64,000 nt of DNA, from the NCBI GenBank assembly GCA_965153285.1, contig OZ229115.1; one strand, given 5' to 3'. Each line of letters starts with the position of its first letter. Position 1 is the stretch's first letter. A program made the position numbers and the translations under genes. This DNA comes from Podarcis tiliguerta (taxonomy: Eukaryota). The notes beneath the pieces were generated by a model. That model worked only from the letters and a program-made list of their open reading frames with translations, was not told the DNA's origin and did no database searches. Shown here piece after piece: positions 61,246 through 64,000 of this stretch.

Positions 61246-63619
61246 AAAATTCATTTACACCAGTCTACAGAGTACTGATCTTTCTGAAATGAATACCTGT
61301 GCTGCCCTTTTCAAGTTATATGCATGCTTCCCAAGAGCCACGTTTTCTAAATGGAAGAGGGGGAGTGGGTTGTGATTTTGCAGTCATGCTAAGTTACTAA
61401 AAGAGGGAAATGCAAGACAAGTATTTGAAACTTGCAAGTATTAAGTGGGGCTTTTTTCTGAAGCTGTTATGCTTTTACAGAATTATGGTGAACTCTGGCT
61501 CAATCTTTCTCTGATGGCATTAACTTTTCTCAGAAGATGAAAGAGAAGCCCATTTGGAATGGCTCGGCTCAGTAATACTCTTGGAGACTGATCCTTTTAG
61601 AATGAAATAAGGAGAGGATGGATTGGCAGAGAGGATGAAAATCTAAGCTATTGGTACTTTATGGGTAGCTACCTTGCTACAAAGAGATTGTGTCCCACCG
61701 GCAGTTCTGCTGCTAGACAGCTAGCATTGGAACACCTCAGGGGGTGTAGCCTTTTTGAGAATCCATTTGAGCAGCTGTTGAGAACAAGGGCGAGGAAAGT
61801 CTTTGAGGTGTCCTGCCTTGGCCACATATGGCTTGCACCAACCCCCTAGTGTCCAGTCCTGTTCTGTATATGGCACTGATGAAATAATGTGTCAGTTTTG
61901 ATTACTTCAACAGTGTATCTTTCATTTGGGCTTCCTCTCCTTTCACACAGTATTGATTTTTAATAGCAGACCTGGATCAAATATAATAATTATTCACGTG
62001 ATGGATCTTACCAACAGATATTCTCAGAGTTTTGCAAAAAGGCCAATTTCTGTGGAAGAATCAGCGTCGTCAAGCGAAATAGGCCAGGGGCATTTATTGG
62101 TAGTGCTTCGTAACAGGATGCATTGATTTAAATAAAGGTGGTTTAAATTACCAAGAAAAAAAGGCCAATTTAAAGCATTGATTTAAATCAAGTTTCCAAT
62201 TTGGAGCAATCTACTTCCTGGTTAAGCATGCTACATTGTTGCTATAACAATTAAAACAGATTTTTGAAATCGTCCTGGGATGAACCCTGGCCGTGGAGAT
62301 CACATACACTACAAAAATTATATTTGCTTAGGGGAAAGAGATGAATTTCTGCCAGCCTCAGTTTGTTCACATGTGAAGGTACTATGGTGTTGTATCTGTA
62401 TTGCGAATTCTGCAACATTCGAAAGTACTTTTCCAGCATCAATCTCTTCTTGAGAGCACTGCTTGTTTAGTAAACCATTCAAATACATTAGCGATGTTAT
62501 CTTCACAGGCATTATTAACGTCAGATAGTGTATCTTAGACTAGATTATAAGTGATCTGCAATAGTGTGAATTAGCCATGTCTTAATGTTACTTTGCTCAT
62601 CAGAAAGCAACAATATACAATTTCACTTCTACTTTTTATTTAAAAATAGTTTTTTTAAAAATTCAGGTTTTCACATCTCATAATTCACATAATGTGAGCA
62701 TGTGTTCCTTTCCCTCTCCCTGTGTATATGTATGCTGTATGCTGTATAATATGTATGCATAGCTACCTATCCATATACCTTGTTGTTCCTTGAGAAAACA
62801 CAGAGCGGAGATCCCACCCAAGCACTGATCAAGTCTACTATCCATTGGCAACCTCTTTGTTTTAGCTTTCATTGTAAGAACTTGTTGGAGGTAGAATGTT
62901 TGCTTAGTGGAATGTTTCTGTATGCAGCTGGGGTTTATTATTTTTAAGAATGCAGATCCAGATTGGAAGTGGGCCTACTCTAGTCCTTTTGGGCGTACAG
63001 TACCCTACGAGCTCTGTGTGTGGTTTGAACTCTCACCTCGAGTTCCTACCCTGCTGCTACTGTATGTATAATAACTGTCTTGAGCCACCCTCTTGGCTGC
63101 TTCAGGCTGTAACATCTGGAACGGGGTCTGAATCGCATGGTTTGATCCAATTGCTTCCTTGTTTGTGGGGTGTGTGGGGGGGGTGGTGACTGCATGGATG
63201 GGAAGCGGGTGCAGGAGAAGCTGGTCAGAAAAGGTTCCTAGCAGCATTTGTTGCCAGAGAATCCTTTAATCAGCTTTCCCCCTACATTTCACAATGCAAC
63301 CAGCATATCTCACAGTGTGGGTGGGAATGTGCTGTGTGTGTGGAACTGGGATGGGATTTCTAGTTGTGAAGCAGGACAAAATAAAGTTTCATACTCTTTC
63401 TCCAGACAGGGTGTATGTTTAGATTTATGGACTGGAACTGTTGTTTTCCATATCTATTCATTCTTGAGTCACTCCATTGAAAGAGTTGGATGTTGTAATT
63501 TATCCCAGAGAAGTATGATGGTGGTGGTGATGGGGCAAAGGACTCTCTAATCCCATGTTATTTTCTTTTGAACTTCAGCTGTGTACACCAGGGAATGTGT
63601 GTGTGTATACTTGTGTTCA

Positions 63620-63620
<1 letters not shown>

Positions 63621-63669
<49 letters not shown>

Positions 63670-63678
63670 TGCATGCAT
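63621..63678. repeat. Compound microsatellite (GT)8(AT)15(GCAT)3
   Basis: Read directly from the sequence. Confidence 0.92.
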
Positions 63679-64000
63679 GTATGTATTGTAGAAAGAACTG
63701 AGTTTCTGCCCAGCTGATTATGTCATCAGGAAGCAGCAGCTGTGTTTGAGAATGTGTTCTAATAATTAAGCTTTTGGAAGTATTACCAAACCCAGGAACT
63801 GCTTATTTGGCCTATATGAGCAAAAGCAGGTGAAGGCTGTATTACAAGGGTAACAGGGAAGGTCCTTGAGCTCAGGGTCTCCATTTGCCTGTTGCTAATC
63901 CAGGGGCTGGAATGCTGTGCTATATAGAGCACATCAACCACCTTCCTTGCCTGCTGCCGCCACCTAGCTAACCATTTCCTATCCCATTTGGAACCTCTCA

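Larger units (their letters stand above)
13656..64000 (+). other. NAV1: NAV1 intron following the large exon (continues beyond window)
   Basis: Begins with the canonical donor GTGAGT. No sequence encoding DPESQRKRTVQNVLDLRQNLEETM was found downstream by eye. Confidence 0.8.

Noticed and set aside
1-64000. A novel multi-gene system, endogenous virus, processed pseudogene or intact transposase/RT gene
   Set aside because: No long ORF outside the NAV1 exon has recognisable protein features, and all retroelement coding remnants are short and disrupted.

Overview
Vertebrate (squamate) genomic DNA; the Sauria-SINE subtype and MITE families suggest a lacertid lizard (inference). The only recognisable gene is NAV1 (neuron navigator 1) on the + strand. 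One large GC-rich coding exon (ATG 12830 to donor G|GTGAGT at 13655/13656; 275 codons plus 1 nt; MLGS...LRKQKSLTNLSFLTDSEKK...KPSRIPRGPYAEVKPLSKAPE...FLKVDPELVVTVLGDLEQLLFSQML) sits in a CpG island. About 12 kb of upstream sequence precedes it, and more than 50 kb of intron follows; I could not find the next coding exon (DPESQRKR...) in the window. The rest is transposon-rich non-coding DNA: Sauria SINEs, tRNA-headed SINEs, MIR/Squam3-like SINEs, CR1/L2/Penelope remnants, and hAT, Tigger and Harbinger-like MITEs, several of them nested. I see no convincing new multi-gene system. The best leads are regulatory: (i) the NAV1 exon looks like a hybrid first/internal exon, with a ~170-nt AG-free pyrimidine tract and an overlapping uORF; (ii) a 1.3-kb nested hAT element in the intron carries a promoter-like, CpG-retaining module with a perfect sense-strand splice donor; (iii) a hAT MITE at the CpG-island edge supplies GC-box and CCAAT motifs; (iv) there is a candidate frame-preserving cassette exon with a GC donor; and (v) there are paired RFX X-boxes. 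All repeat family names are from recall, not from a database search.
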